Assembly (NCBI GenBank): GCA_009103225.1
Contig: RHPI01000810.1
Coordinates: 124,001 to 188,000 of the forward strand
Direction: 5' to 3'
From: Chlorokybus atmophyticus
Taxonomy: Eukaryota > Plantae > Mesostigma and Chlorokybus algae
Length of the DNA: 64,000 nucleotides
Both the position numbers and the translations under genes were made by a program. Under the pieces are notes generated by a model, which saw only the letters and a list, made by a program, of their open reading frames with translations, was not told where the DNA came from and searched no databases. Shown in pieces: positions 25,250-38,948 of this stretch; position 1 is the stretch's first letter; every line of letters begins with the position of its first letter.

Positions 25250-25988
25250 GCTAGCGCTCCTTCCGCACAAGACCGGCCTCACTGAGAGTCCAGCGTGTCT
25301 CTCCGCCGCCCCCAACCCCACCGCCGCCCTAGCCACGTTGGCATGGCGCCAAAACCCTAAGATGCTCCTGTAGACTAAAAACTGCATTCAAAAAGTAACC
25401 GCGCAAAAGCCAAACACACTAGCGTAATCCGTGATCTGGAGACATGGAAACTCCACGATGGAATACACCAAGGTAGTGTGTCTCGGCTACGTGTTACGGC
25501 ATTCAAACCGTTGGCTCCCGGTTAAGCGCCAGCCAAGGTGGATTCGGTCCCGCCATCAGCCGAATCTCTATCTACTGAACTGTTGCACCGATATCAACGC
25601 ACACAGCAAATATATATGTAACGCACAACACACTTTGCGTGCGAGGCACCAGGTTTATCTCCTCCCTACACAAGGCCACTCTGTGTGGGTTGATGGGTGC
25701 GTCATGCTGGCAGTGCCAAGTTGGTACAAGAACTCAACAGAAGCGCGAGAGTTGCTGTGGCAGCACACTGCATAGGCAGCATTAACAAAAGCTCATTGCA
25801 GAGCCTTTTTGATGCCAAGGACAATGTGTGCATGCAAAGAGTAAACCTGGTGACGCATTCCGCGATCTCAGCGCATATCCAAGCCAACAGCACGCACCTC
25901 ATCATGAGACAGCTGCACGCCATCGCATGCATGCACAGCAATTTTACAACCAAAGCCGCATACATATATTACACAAATCGCAGTATCT

Positions 25989-27441
25989 CTAGAATGACTT
26001 CTGTACTCGGGTCGCACTGGCGTATTGAGACGGTATCCTCTGAGTTGCCAGCGGCAGCACCTCATCGCGCTTGCGCTTCAGCAGCTGCAGAAGACCGATC
26101 AGTAGACTCCTTGACCTCCTGCCAGTGGCTGCAAAGCTTCCAGAAGACTCGCCCTGTGAAGCTGAGATAGCACATACAGAAGCCTTGTGAGTGAACGCTG
26201 TATGCGCATGCGCTTGACCACAGCTAAACACATCACCACCTGGTGCAAAGTATGCTGAGGGCTGGGCTGAGGAGATGCCCATTGATGGGAGGACGGACTC
26301 ATTGGCAGCGAGCGACATGAAGAAGGCGAAGGGCACCAGCCAGACCATCACGATGAAGAATCCGACAAGGTACTCCAGGGTGACGTGCACGGTGTCTGGG
26401 TGATAGAGGAAGTAGCGCAACCAAGCCGCATGACTCAACACGAGCGTGGCTGTGGGTGATTGCAATCACAACTAAGAGTGAGCAGTTACAGGGGTTTTTG
26501 GCAGTAGCAACCACGTATACACAATGCACCTATGCTGCCGAGGAAGTCAGGGGACGTGAGACTGATAAACGGAAACGTTCTAAGTAACCTGCCAACGTGA
26601 CCAGAGGTTAGTTTGGCTACACTGAGGTTGCATGGAACAGTCTCACACACTGACATCACCTGACTCAAAGCCCAGCTGTGCACATGCAACAGGTGTGCCT
26701 AAGTTTGAAAGCAAGCACACCTGATGCTGTTGTAAGCAATGACGCACACTGCTGATTGTCAGCCTCGGGCGAGAATACCAACACGCACGAGCGGCTCAAC
26801 ACAACCCATTGGACCAGACTAAGCCAACAAGAAACTGGTGCAATAAATGCAGAGCAACATGCATCCCTCTAACAAGCAAGCAATGCCCTCGACAATGGCG
26901 CCTGCCTCACCTGAAATACAGGACATGGGCGCCCATGCCAGTGAGGACCGGGATGGCGGGAAGGCGATCAACAACCCATATAAGGACGTGCAGAACAAGA
27001 ACAGCCTGTGCAGCAGTGGGATTAGCGATGAAGGCAAAAAGGGATGAATCCTGTTTGACAACAAACTAGGTGCCACACAACATGCCGAAGACTTGCAAGG
27101 CAGCAGAATTGGCAACGTGCATCCGCAGCGCATGCACTTGTTGTTGCTCCATACTTCTGTCGTTACTCAGTACTCAATGCGCACCTGAATTGCGTAGCTG
27201 ATAACCTTTTTAGTCAGTTTGGTGTACTCCTCAACCACCTCCGCCATGTAATACAAGCCCGTAGCTGTGTGCGCAAGCAAGCATGGTGGTTAACAAGGTT
27301 GTGTGCTTGCTACCGACTCTTGTTGAACTCAACGTACTCTTAAAGTGCAATGGCATCAGACTGTAGCATACCGAGACATATGGCGATGAATACCAGGAAC
27401 ACGTAGCCTCCGGCGTACACCACAAATGTGGACAACCCCAT
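25989..27441 (-). CDS. TEX261: TEX261/Svp26-like ER-Golgi transmembrane adaptor, multi-exon
   Basis: MGLSTFVVYAGGYVFLVFIAICL|ATGLYYMAEVVEEYTKLTKKVI, FPFISLTSPDF, VWLVPFAFFMSLAANESVLP. Confidence 0.9.
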
Positions 27442-27921
27442 GGCTGGTGTTGAAGCTTGCGTGTACAGGCTTGGAAAATTGCTTTATCCTCCACTTCAAG
27501 CTCCAACTAACCAGCAAGCCATGCTGCGATATCTGCAACTCAGGAAGTTAAGGCCTGTCCTCCTCACCCCATGCATGCGGCCGCCTCTCCCTAAGGACAC
27601 CGCCGCCGTCACCTGCAGCAAAGACTCCGACAACAACATGGCCAAGTTGCCAGATTGATATCAAGCCTTGACAGATATATGCAATCTGCCGATATCGGCG
27701 CCTGTTGGCGCCGCCAACACAGCAGAGGTTAGGGTATGTGTGCGTGACAGGCGGACGCGTGGCAGTTGGCCGACGCGTGCGGCGGGCGGCGACGAGGAGG
27801 AGGAGGACGGGAACGACAGTGAGGGGGAGGAGTAGCAGTAGCAATCTGTTCCTGGATCCGTGGTGCATTGAACGCGCCTGGGTTGGTGTCTACTTTTTCC
27901 GTGGTGCCGCCCCACACAGCC

Positions 27922-30626
27922 ATGGCGGACATGGACAGCTGGGAGGATCAGGCCGACACGCCTCCGCCGCAGCCTGCGCAGTCGCCTCCGCCACCTCAGC
28001 CAGCTGCAGCTTCCGCGGGGCTGAGAGCGGACGCCAAGCCCTTTACCTTCAGCTCCGCTGCGCCAACGTTTGTGCCAGGCCAGGGTTTCGTCTCAGCATC
28101 AGCACCCGCGCCGACAGTTGTTTCCCCGCCAGTGCAAGCCGCTCCCGTGCCTGTAGTTTCACCTGCTTCCACACCGCAAGCGCCTCCGCCGACCCCTCAG
28201 CATGACGACATGCATGAAGATGCACCACATAAGGTCGGTTGCTGATTATGGGCTCCAGTACGCGCACACGTTTACACGAGGGGTGAATATCGTCATGCAA
28301 TACTAGTTCGTTATCTGCGCTTAGTAAAGGCATTATGTTGTACAGCCCTACGTGTACGTCCCTCGTCAATAAATGTCGTGCTTGCCCCTCACATTGCATC
28401 AAGTTATGGCTTCTGCAATTTGCGTGCATGGGCCAGTATGGTGCTCACATGGTGCAAGGAGTTGCTACTGTTATTGATCACATAACGGGTACGTGACCGA
28501 TCAAGGGACATGGTGGTCTAATAGCTGATCGGTACTGATATTGTTCGTTATGAGCAATTACTGCAGTGATTATGTCAAATAGTCGGTTGCCTCGTATGTA
28601 TAGATAGTTCTTCAAGCTCCACCTGTGTTGGTGCCCTTTATGACTCCAGGGCAGTAGTAGTAGTAGTAGTAATGGTATGAGCGTAACGCTGATTGTTTGG
28701 CGGCTGCAAAGCTAGCACAGAAAGGGTACTTGACACCGTACCTTCAGGCTACATACCACTGTGTTGCAACTGACACAAGGCTTTTAAAATAGCTTGACAC
28801 AATGATAGTGCTATATAGTTTGTGCTTATTTGCTGTCCTACAGGAGGCCGATGAAGATGCAGAGGACAAGCCTCACGCGCCTGTGGGGATCACAGCTGCA
28901 GAAAACGCCATGCGCCGTCTGAAGGCCAACGATGAGAGTCCAGCAAAGGGCAAGTCAGATAGTGCACCCTCTTCCCAAGTGTCCTCACGCGCGGTGAGCT
29001 TTGACAGCATGCAACTTTCCAGTATTAGGTGTTGTCATCACTTGTGTCATCCGCAAGGCATGCCTGTACTACCTACCAGGTGATACTCCAAAGCATTGTC
29101 TGATGCCTGTTGTTATGCAGCCTTCTGAAATGTCAGAGGATGACCGGGACCATGAAGTCCCTGAAGATGAGGACCAGCGGGAACATTTAAATCTGGTGTT
29201 TATTGGGCATGTCGATGCTGGCAAGAGCACGATTGGTGGGCAGATTCTCTTTCTCTGTGGGATGGTGGACGATCGTACCATACAGAAGTATGAAAGAGAA
29301 GCCAAGGAGAAGAACAGGTGTGCAATGTTTGGATAGAGGTTGCAAAACATCTCTTGGCCATGCATCATATCTGCTTGACGCATGGTTGTGCAGGGATTCT
29401 TGGTACATGGCGTACATCATGGACACCAACGAAGAAGAACGCAGCAAGGGTATCACTGTTGAGGTTGGACGTGCTCACTTCGAAACACCCAACAGGAGAT
29501 ACACTATACTGGATGCCCCGGGTCACAAGAACTACGTCCCCAACATGATCAGCGGCGCGGCACAGGCTGATGTCGGAGTTCTGGTGATATCTGCTCGCAA
29601 GGGAGAGTTTGAAACTGGGTTTGAAAGGGGAGGGCAGACCAGAGAGCATGCCCAACTTGCCAAGACTCTTGGAGTCTCAAAGCTCGTTGTCGTGATCAAC
29701 AAGATGGACGAGCCTTCTGTAGAGTGGAGCAAAGAGAGGTGCGAATGTGCTTGCAAATATGCGCCTGTTGCTCTTGCAGGTGACAGGCATTGGGGCCTAA
29801 TCGGTTGTTGTGTTGCAGGTTTGATGAGATTGTCACCAAGCTGTCACCTTTTTTGAAGCACTGTGGTTATAACACCAAGAAAGACGTGCAGTTCCTTCCC
29901 ATATCTGGAATGCTCGGCATCAACCTCAAAGACAGGATAAAGCCTGGGATTTGTCCATGGTGGGATGGGCCTTCCCTCTTCGAAGCCCTCGACCAGCTCC
30001 AGGCTGTAGAGAGAGACCCGAACGCTCCTTTCAGGATGCCGGTGTTGGACAAGTACAGAGATATGGGCACCGTGTTGATGGGTAAAATTGAGTCAGGAAC
30101 GGTCAGGCGAGGGAACAACATGCTGCTCATGCCGAACAAGGTGCCTGTCAAGGTTATCACAGTGTACAGGGACAGTGACGAGGTCAATATGTGCCGGCCT
30201 GGAGAGAACGTGCGACTCCGCGTGTCCGGGATTGAAGAAGATGATGTGTCATCGGGCTTTGTGCTGTCCAGCGTTGAGCGATCAGTGAAGCCCGCTACGC
30301 AGATGGACGTGCAGCTGGCCATTCTGGAGCTACTGGAGCACAAAGCGATCTTTACAGCAGGCTACAAGTGTGTGCTGCACATACATGCGGCGGTCAAGGA
30401 ATGTGAAGTCACTGAACTTTTATCTGAGATTGATTCCAAGACCAAGAAGCCCAAAAAGAAGAAACCTATGTTTGTCAAAGGAGGAGCACTTGTGGTCTGC
30501 CGAATAGTTGTGCCGGAGGCTATCTGCGTTGAGCTTTTCAGCGACTTCCCACAGCTTGGCCGCTTCACGCTACGAGACGAAGGCAAGACCATCGCCATTG
30601 GGAAAATTGTGGGTCTGGAAGCCTGA
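27922..30626 (+). CDS. eRF3: Eukaryotic peptide chain release factor GTP-binding subunit eRF3 (GSPT/Sup35), multi-exon
   Basis: PAM2-like LRADAKPFTFSSAAPTFVPG, NLVFIGHVDAGKST, KGITVE, DAPGH, NKMD, EF1A-like domains II/III ending GKTIAIGKI. Confidence 0.97.
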
Positions 30627-32229
30627 CTATCGGACCCCTGCATGCGCCCAACTGGCCTTGGATCAGGAACAATGAAACAGGTGTGTTAATAATATCATGT
30701 TGTCGTTTCACCGTTGGCAGCATTTGGCGTCATGTATCAATGTCATGTCACCGTTGTATCTGTGTGTATCTAACAACATCTTTGATGTGCAGAAGCTCAC
30801 CAGCCAGCAGTAAATGTGATACGCCACAGTGTACAAATGTTAGCAGGTGAGTTTTGTTTGTCAGCACTGTTGTGCCTACGTTGCGAGTGTAAACGCAGTT
30901 CTTAATGCTCAGGTTGGCAAGGTCCTCCATCAGCAATCTCAGCAAGACTGACATAGCTGCAGAGCTCTTGGGGTGACACATGCAGACACATGCATGGCTT
31001 GGTAGTCCAGGCCAGGCAAATACTCTTGCTGTTTCTGCCAAGGGAGTACTTTTTTGCGACCGCCATCTCTCTTGGTCTTCGGTGAAACTCAGCATTGGGT
31101 GGGTTTTACCTGCACTGCATATTATGTGAATCTGGTTTGGCCTTCTACCTCCCTCTGTATCTGCTGGCATGGTCATTGAACTGCTACCTGACTTTATGAA
31201 TGCCAGTACTCAGTGCTGTGTGTGAAGATCTGAGGCGTGGGTTGGGTCTAGACGCTGACTATGAACAGCGCCGCGCTCGGTGCATAGGCCTGATTGATGT
31301 ACATGTCATTATGTCCGCAGGCAGTCGAAAGCTTTCTTTGTCGCTAGTGATCCTGTCAGTGCTGCTGCACTGTCATGTGCAACGATCAGAGTCACGTAGT
31401 TCACTTGCAGGCGATTGAGCACAGTGAACACTTGGTACTTGCACAACTGCATGTCTACATGCACGCGGCAGCATGTCTATTCTACGCTGGCAGTGAGTTG
31501 TAATGGCTGTTGGAGTCATGCGTACAGTTGTGCATTAATGGTTTTGGCCGCAAGTTGCAGAATGAGGTCTTGGGTGCTGGGCTCGCAAGCAAACAAGTGA
31601 CGAGATCTCACCCTGAAGATGAGAGAACATGTTTTACTCAACAATGTTGACGGTCTTTACTCTGCGCGGACACGCACGAGCACGCAGTGCAAAGCCAGTC
31701 AACACACTATATATGAATAAATGTTCTTTGCAAATGCGAACACTTTTGAACAAGGTCAATGCAGCCCTGTCAGTTGGACCCAATTAACGCACGCAGCCTG
31801 CCGCTCATACCCACACTTCAACAGCCTGTGCACACTGAACTGCAACCATTATGCGATGCCGAACCCGGATGGAAATCAAAGCGCATCAAACTTGCTCCGC
31901 TACCCTTGCTGATGACCGCATCGCGTACGGTTAGAAGTCGTCTCCGCTAAGAACGCTGCCAGTCGTGTTTCTATGGCCAGAGTCACAAGGTCGTCATCTA
32001 GGTAATGGTCAGCATACTTGACCCATTGAGCTAGCTTGCTGCACGTGCTCCCGGGCTCCCGGTCTCATTCACAATGTTTAAATAGTGACTTCAAACAACG
32101 AATGAAAACTATTACAGTAGTCTCTAGCTTATGGTACATGTAGATATTGTCACCAGCTCATTGGTAATTTTAACTAGAGCCAATTGCTCTATGCCTATTG
32201 CCAAGCCACAAAGGCGCTCATAGGACGGA

Positions 32230-32243
32230 CTCTCTCTCTCTCG

Positions 32244-32287
<44 letters not shown>

Positions 32288-32428
32288 NNNNNNNNNNNNN
32301 NNNNNNNNNNNNNNNNNNNNNNNNNNNNNNNNNNNNNNNNNNNNNNNNNNNNNNNNNNNNNNNNNNNNNNNNNNNNNNNNNNNNNNNNNNNNNNNNNNNN
32401 NNNNNNNNNNNNNNNNNNNNNNNNNNNN

Positions 32429-32507
<79 letters not shown>
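32230..32507. repeat. (CT)n microsatellite with internal assembly gap (N 32288-32428)
   Basis: Directly visible. Confidence 0.95.
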
Positions 32508-32509
<2 letters not shown>

Positions 32510-32755
32510 ACCAGGAGTAAGCAATGCTATGTGTGTGACACTTGCACCACTCGTGTTAAACATGGCACAAACGCGGACAGCCGTTCACAACAGTCGTAAC
32601 TGTGCTTGTATACAGAACATCATCAACAAACTATAAGTAGCACATGGCACACACTGCAATGTTCAAATTATCACTGACACTATAGACCAGTATTAACAAG
32701 TAACAAGAGCCTGATACTACAGGGTCCTCACTTTACACTTTCGGAGACTATTATT

Positions 32756-35700
32756 CTACAAGTCAATCTCCTCATCAAACTCATAGCCGTCAAACGAGTC
32801 GACCGGCGATGCCACGGACGCCCTTTGCTGCTGCTGCGATGATGGCTTACCTGGCTGTGTCTGGTAATACTGTTGCCTTCCATCTAGCTCAGCACTGTTA
32901 ACAGAGCAATCGCATGAGTGTGGTGTTGAGTGTACGCATGTGTTGATGGTATAAAGTTGTGTGAAGGGCTTACAGTTCTCGGTCGACGAGTTCGTCGGAG
33001 TCAAGGCTTTGAGTGAGGCTTGAGGCTGCGCGACGTCCTGTGCCTGGGTGTATGTGTGCGTACGTGAGTGTGTGTTACCGTATGTGCTTGTGCTTGGGTG
33101 CACGTGCGTGACCAAGCGCACAGCCATGTGTTTCAACACGCATGTGCACGCACAGGTACATGTAGGTGTGCGTGCGCACACTCGCGCACAAACAACGTGC
33201 ACACCTTTGTGTAAATGTGTGTAAGCTCGTGCATGGGTGCATGTGGAGTCTTGCACGCGCTTACACGCGTGCGTGCGTGCGTGCGTGCACACATGCATGT
33301 ATCACATATTCCAAAATGTCAAGTTACACACCCAGCACGTGCATACCGCTATTGGCACGGCGTGTTGGCGGCGTGTTGTTGGCCTCGTTGTGATCCTCAT
33401 CGACGCCCTCGTCACCGCTCTCTCCCCCACCACCACTTTTTCCACCACTCCCCCTCCTGCTGAAGCTCACTCTGCGGTCCCCTTTCGTCATAGTCACTGC
33501 CCTATTGGTATAGCAATATTGTCAACATGTGACACATTGAGAGTGAGAACACCTCCTCTCTGCTTACTTGGCAAAGAAACAAGAAACACACATTGCTCTG
33601 CTTGCCTGTGTTTGGGTGATGACATGGGTGAAGGCGCCCGCGGGGACTCAGCACTGTTGCTGTTGTTGGTGTTGTTGTTTTTGTTCCTGGACTTGTTGTT
33701 GTGGCTTCTCTCATGTCTGCTTGGGGGTGAGCGCAGGAACGGCGAGTCTGCGGCTGCACTCTTGGGGGATCCACCTGCACACATGAGTTGGGTGTGATGA
33801 CATATACTGCCGTCACAATAAGTACCAGGCAAAGTGTACAGTGTCTTGACAGATTCATCCGATAAATTGCTTACCGGGTGATATTGGAGGTAGGAAGTGC
33901 GGCGAGCTCGCCGTTGACTTCACGGGCGACATCCCCTCTATAGACTCGTACGTCACACCAGACCTGTATGATGATGATGGTTATGATGATGACGTCGTCG
34001 TTGGTAGTGGTGTTGTTTGGTAAAATGTAGGTACTGTGGATGGAGATTGTCACTGCACTGGGCCAGAGTTGAACTCACCGTTGTTTAGACTCCACATACT
34101 CTGCAGCTTCCCTCGCAATCGCGCCCGCCTGCTGCTGCTGCTGCTGCTGCTTCTGGCTTGCTGCTGCTTCTGGCCGCTTGCCTCTCCTGCTGCCGCTGCT
34201 ACTGCCTGGCTGGTGCTGGCGTTGATGTTGTTGGGTGGTGGGCGTGTCGCTCCCTCCCGTGTTGGACTCGTCGTCCGAGTAGCGGGGCTGCTGCTTGTTG
34301 CCGGCAGGCAACGCACCGCGAGCCTGTGAGACAGTATCACGATTGTTAACGCAAAACACACATCCATGTGGTAATGGCCAACAACAAGTGTTCACCTTGC
34401 TGCGGTGAGGGGAGAGTGGAGACCCCGTCGAGGGCCGCTTGCCCTTGGCGGGCGTGCTCGCGCGGCTGATGGTGTAGTTGGAGTTAGACAGCCGGCTGCT
34501 CTCCACCTCCTCCTCGTCATCGGAGGAGTTCAAGAAGCTCAACCTCAACGCATGGCTGCATGACAAACAAACATGTTACCCGCATTATGTGGGTATGTGG
34601 GCCACACACCCACATACAGATATGCACCCACATGCACATGCACTTATACATCTTCACACGTACAAGCCCATCCAATGACAGAGACTTCTTCACATCTCAC
34701 CTTCGCGTAGGCATCGTTGCCGCGAGTGCCGCTCTCTTCCCACTCCTCCCCGCCCTCACATTCTCCACATCCGCATCCGACTTGCTTCTTCTCAGCTGCG
34801 GCTTCACCACAACCTTCTTCCCTCTCTTCGTGGACACATACTCGTCATCACTGCGCGAAGATTGTGACGACGTGGACACAGGAGCAGGCAAGGGGCCACC
34901 GATGTAGATCGGGACCTTCAGAGGCTGAGGACGGTGCTTGTCACGGAGCTTGCTGCTGGTCGGGGTATCGCTGTCCTGAGCCTTGTGCTTAGCCTTGTCC
35001 TTGGCCTTGTCTTTGTCTTTAGCCTTGTCTTTGGCCTTGTTCATGCTGTGCTTGCTGCTGCCAGCCCGGGACTTAGCCATTTTCCCACGCGTGCTCTGGC
35101 TGCGCTGATCACCAGACTCACTGTCCTCCTCCTCCTCATCACTATACTCCTCCTCGTCCTCCTCCTCCTCCTCCTCCTCCTCCTCGTCCTCCCCGCCGCG
35201 TCCAACCACATCCTCCGCGCTCTTCTCCAGGTGCCACAATATCGTATCTCTCTCATACGCCGCCTCCGCTCGTTCTCTCGGCCCCGCGCTCACGCCTCTC
35301 TCCAGCTGTCGACGCCTCAGCTCCTCCACCACCTTCTCGTACTGCTTGTCCGTGAGGCCATCAACACTATCCGTGATGCCAAAGGACTCAAGGGCACGCA
35401 TGAGGTTGTGGTCATTGTCCTCGTTGTTGGTGTCATTGGTATCGTGGGTGAGGGTGTCCTCCACGCGGGGACGGGCGAGGGTGAAGGTGTGGGGGGAGTG
35501 TGCGTGGCGAGAGAGGACCTCGGGACGGTTAGGGAGAGGGGCGTGAGGGTGCTCGTGGAGGAAGCGCTCGTGGTCGGTGAGGGCACGCTTGTTGTTGGTG
35601 GTGTGGGTGTTGTGGTTGTGGGGGTTGTTGTGAGTGGAGTCGTTGTCCTCCTTGTCGATGGAGGTGGCGGGTGATTCGGAGCCCGAGGGCGAGGAGGAGG

Positions 35701-38680
35701 CGGAGGAGGACGATGACGATGATGGTGACGAGGACGGTTGAGAGGCTTTTCGACGCTGTGTTGGCACATGTGCATCAGATACACATACCCACATGTGCCA
35801 CACGACAATCACATGTACTGAGGCCACATTGTGAGGTTATGCGGTAACGTGATGCATCGTACCTCGCTGATGCGTGGTGGTGCTTTCTTGATGACATGGG
35901 CGGTATGACTATTATTGTTATTATGGTGAGTGTCCACCATCGTAGCGGCAGCCGCGGCACGCCTAGCAAGCTCCTCCTCGCGCTTCTTGACGAGCGTGCG
36001 TTCGAGCTCGTGGGCACGGACGTCGTGCGCCTGCGCCTCGCGCTTGAGCTCCTTTACAGTCTTCTCCAACATCTTAAAACGAACGAGAGTGTCCCCCTCA
36101 GTATCAAGCATGCGTCGGGGGTTGTGTGTATGCGCATGCGTGGGTGCGTGCGCTAAAGCTTGCGTGTGCATGCCCATGTGCGTGTATCGTTTCATCAGGG
36201 AGCATTCTTATTGGCAGCCACCCTCTCAATCACAAACACACAAACAGTAACAGGCACGTGCACACATGCATCCCACGCATGTGTGCGCGTGTGTTGTCAA
36301 CCAGTGCAACCCTACCTTGTTGGCTTCAAGGGCAGCAGCAAGGCGTGCACGTAGCTCCTCAGCTTCCTCCCCATACCTCCTCTCCGCCCTCTCCCTCGCC
36401 TCCCTCTCCTCATTCACCCTCTCCTCCCCTCTCCCCACCTCCCCCTCCAGCCTCCTCACCTTCTCCCCGGCCTCCCTCGCTTCACGCTCCTTGTCTTTGA
36501 TCTCCCCGCGCAGACGGTCCACCTCACCGGCGGCGATGTGGTCCTGCGCTGCGTGGTCCTTGTTGTGGGAGGTGAGGGAGGCGAGTTGGGTTTGGAGGGA
36601 GGTGATGGTGGACTCGGCGTCTGTGGCGCGTTTGGTGGAGGAGGCGAGGTCGGACTCGAGAGAAGATAAGCGAGTGCGGGAAGCGGACTCGGAGGCGTTT
36701 ATCTTCGCCATCTCTTTCTCATACTGCGCGGACAAAGCAAGTGAGGGATGCGCGTGAGTAGCGAAAGATGCGTACTTTCTGCGTGTGTGCGTGCGTGTTT
36801 GGCGTACTTGGGCGACGAGTTCCTCGCGAGCTTTGGCGAGCATGTCGTTGACGGCGGCCATTGTGACCATGTTGGCGTTATTGTTGTTATTGTTGGCGTG
36901 CTGCTTCGCATTGGATCCAAGTTCATCAGCGTGCCGGCGCTGAATGTGCGCATCCTGCGTGTACACATGTTCGGATCAGCATGACAGCTTGTCGCCTAGA
37001 GTTGCTGAGTCGCTCAACAATCACTTGACAGATGTTAAAGTCTTATCACTGGCATACCCTGTAGAAGGCGGTCTCAAAAAACTTGGAGCAGTACATGCAC
37101 TTCATCGGATCCGTCGGGGCCCTCAGTGTCTGCATCGTCTGCATCGTCTGCATTGTCTACATACGCCAAACCCGCACATCAACATCAACATCAACACCTC
37201 AACCCATCGCAACAATATCTCATCCGCACGCACTCACCTCCTGCGCGCTCTGCTGCATCCTCATAAATATCTCATATGTCGCCAACGTCTGGGGTACAAT
37301 GCACCATAAATCAAGTCGCATCACCCAAATACCAACCCAACACCTCCCCCCCACCCCACCCTAATCCCACCCTCACCTTCTTGGCCCTCTTCAGTTCCTT
37401 CTCCATCCCCTTCCCCTGCCTCACCGCCCTCCCCATACTTCCCCTTGTTCTCCTCATCCCCACGATGGCGGCGGCTGCGGCGTTCGACAGCGCGGTCTTC
37501 TGGGAGGACAGAGTCTCCTGGACGTGGAGGAGGTACTCGGTGGAGAGCTGCGCGAGACGGAAGAGCTTGATGAAGTTGGACTCGGTGAAGTTGCGGACGT
37601 CCTCGGAACGGAGGTCGGAGAAGGAGATGGAGTCCAGGACGGAGTTCAGGGCCTCCACGTCTGGAGGGAGTGGAGTAGTTGCAACATCATGAAGAAGAAG
37701 AAGAAGAAGGAGGAGGACAACAACAACAACAACAATGACCATGACACCAACAGCGACAACGACAGCAGGAACACTTGTACCCACCAGTGTCTCGCATGAT
37801 GGTGTCGGGGTCGACGGCGTGTATCCTCCTCCAGTCAATCCTCAACCTACACATCGTAGGTATCACACACAACCACCACACGAACACCTCACTAACACAA
37901 CTATCATCTCACACCACTTCCACACGCCACACCACGCCATCGCCTCACCTTCGCGGCCTGAACGAGAACGGCATCTCCGGCCCAGCACCGGCGGCGATGG
38001 CGGCCACCTCCGCCTCCGCCTCCGCCCGCATCGCCTCCATCGCGTCCGCGTCCATCCCGGCAGTCAGGGTGCCCCCGCCCGTGAGAGTGGTGCGGCGGAG
38101 GGAGCCGCGGGGAGGAGGGTCGGCCTCGCTCTGGGGGACGCTGTGAGGAAATGTGTGCGGGTGAGAGGGCGTGTGGACACGCACACGCACGCTGGCACTT
38201 GAGCGCACGCGTGCACGCGAGAGTGTGTGTGTGTCTGTGTGTTGCTTTGTGTCTGTTGCTTGCTTGTTGGTGCTTGTGTTGGTGCCTGTGTGTCTCGCTT
38301 TGTGTGCGTGCGTGCGGGCTCACATTCCATCTGTTCAACATGTGCTACACTTGTGCATTTATGACTTTGTATGTTCATATATATGTCTGCTTTAAGCTAT
38401 ACGCTTACCTCCTCCCTAACTCCTACACTCTGCCGTACCTTTCAGTATACGACATCCCGTCCATCCCATAATACTCCTCCATACCCGCTGCCCCATTCTG
38501 CCCCATCATCTCCTCCTCCCCCACGTCCTCCTCGTCGTCGTCCAGCTGCCCTCCCGCCAGCCCTCCGCCCACCGACCAGGCCTGAGGCGGCGGCGGCGGC
38601 GCCCCCATCGTCATACCCCTCAAACCACCTCCTCCGCCACCAGTCGCCGCCCATCCCGCAGTCCTAGCCCTCAAACCCAT
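32756..38680 (-). CDS. DZIP1/Iguana-like basal-body protein: Dzip-like N domain, C2H2 finger, coiled coil, long low-complexity tail; many exons
   Basis: FSFRPRR|RIDWRRIHAVDPDTIMRDT|DVEALNSVLDSISFSDL..FIKLFRLAQLSTEYLLHVQE. The spliced finger CMYCSKFFETAFYR|DAHIQRRH is C-x2-C-x12-H-x4-H. Ends EFDEEIDL*. Confidence 0.75.
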
Positions 38681-38948
38681 GGTAATTGTAACCCTGGACT
38701 GTCTGCTTCTTGCCGCCGCCGCCGCCTCCTGGCTTGGCAGCTCGGCCTGGCAGCTCGGCCTGGCAGCTTGGCCTGGTGGCCGCATCTTCTCTCCTCCAGT
38801 CACGTGACCTAACCGTTTGCTCTTGTGCGTGCGCACAAGCCGCAAAAGTAAAAGCACAACGCTCAAGGCTTGCTTGATTCAAATTAGGGTTTGTTTTGCT
38901 GCTGCTTTAGCCTCTGCTTGGGCTAGATCTGGTTTATTTCTGGCGGCG

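Noticed and set aside
29739-29818. Alternative eRF3 acceptor at 29779 that would insert an in-frame leaky UGA-C (read-through autoregulation idea)
   Set aside because: The resulting intron would be only 41 nt, and the branch-like CTAAT (29797) lies downstream of it, favouring the 29818 acceptor.
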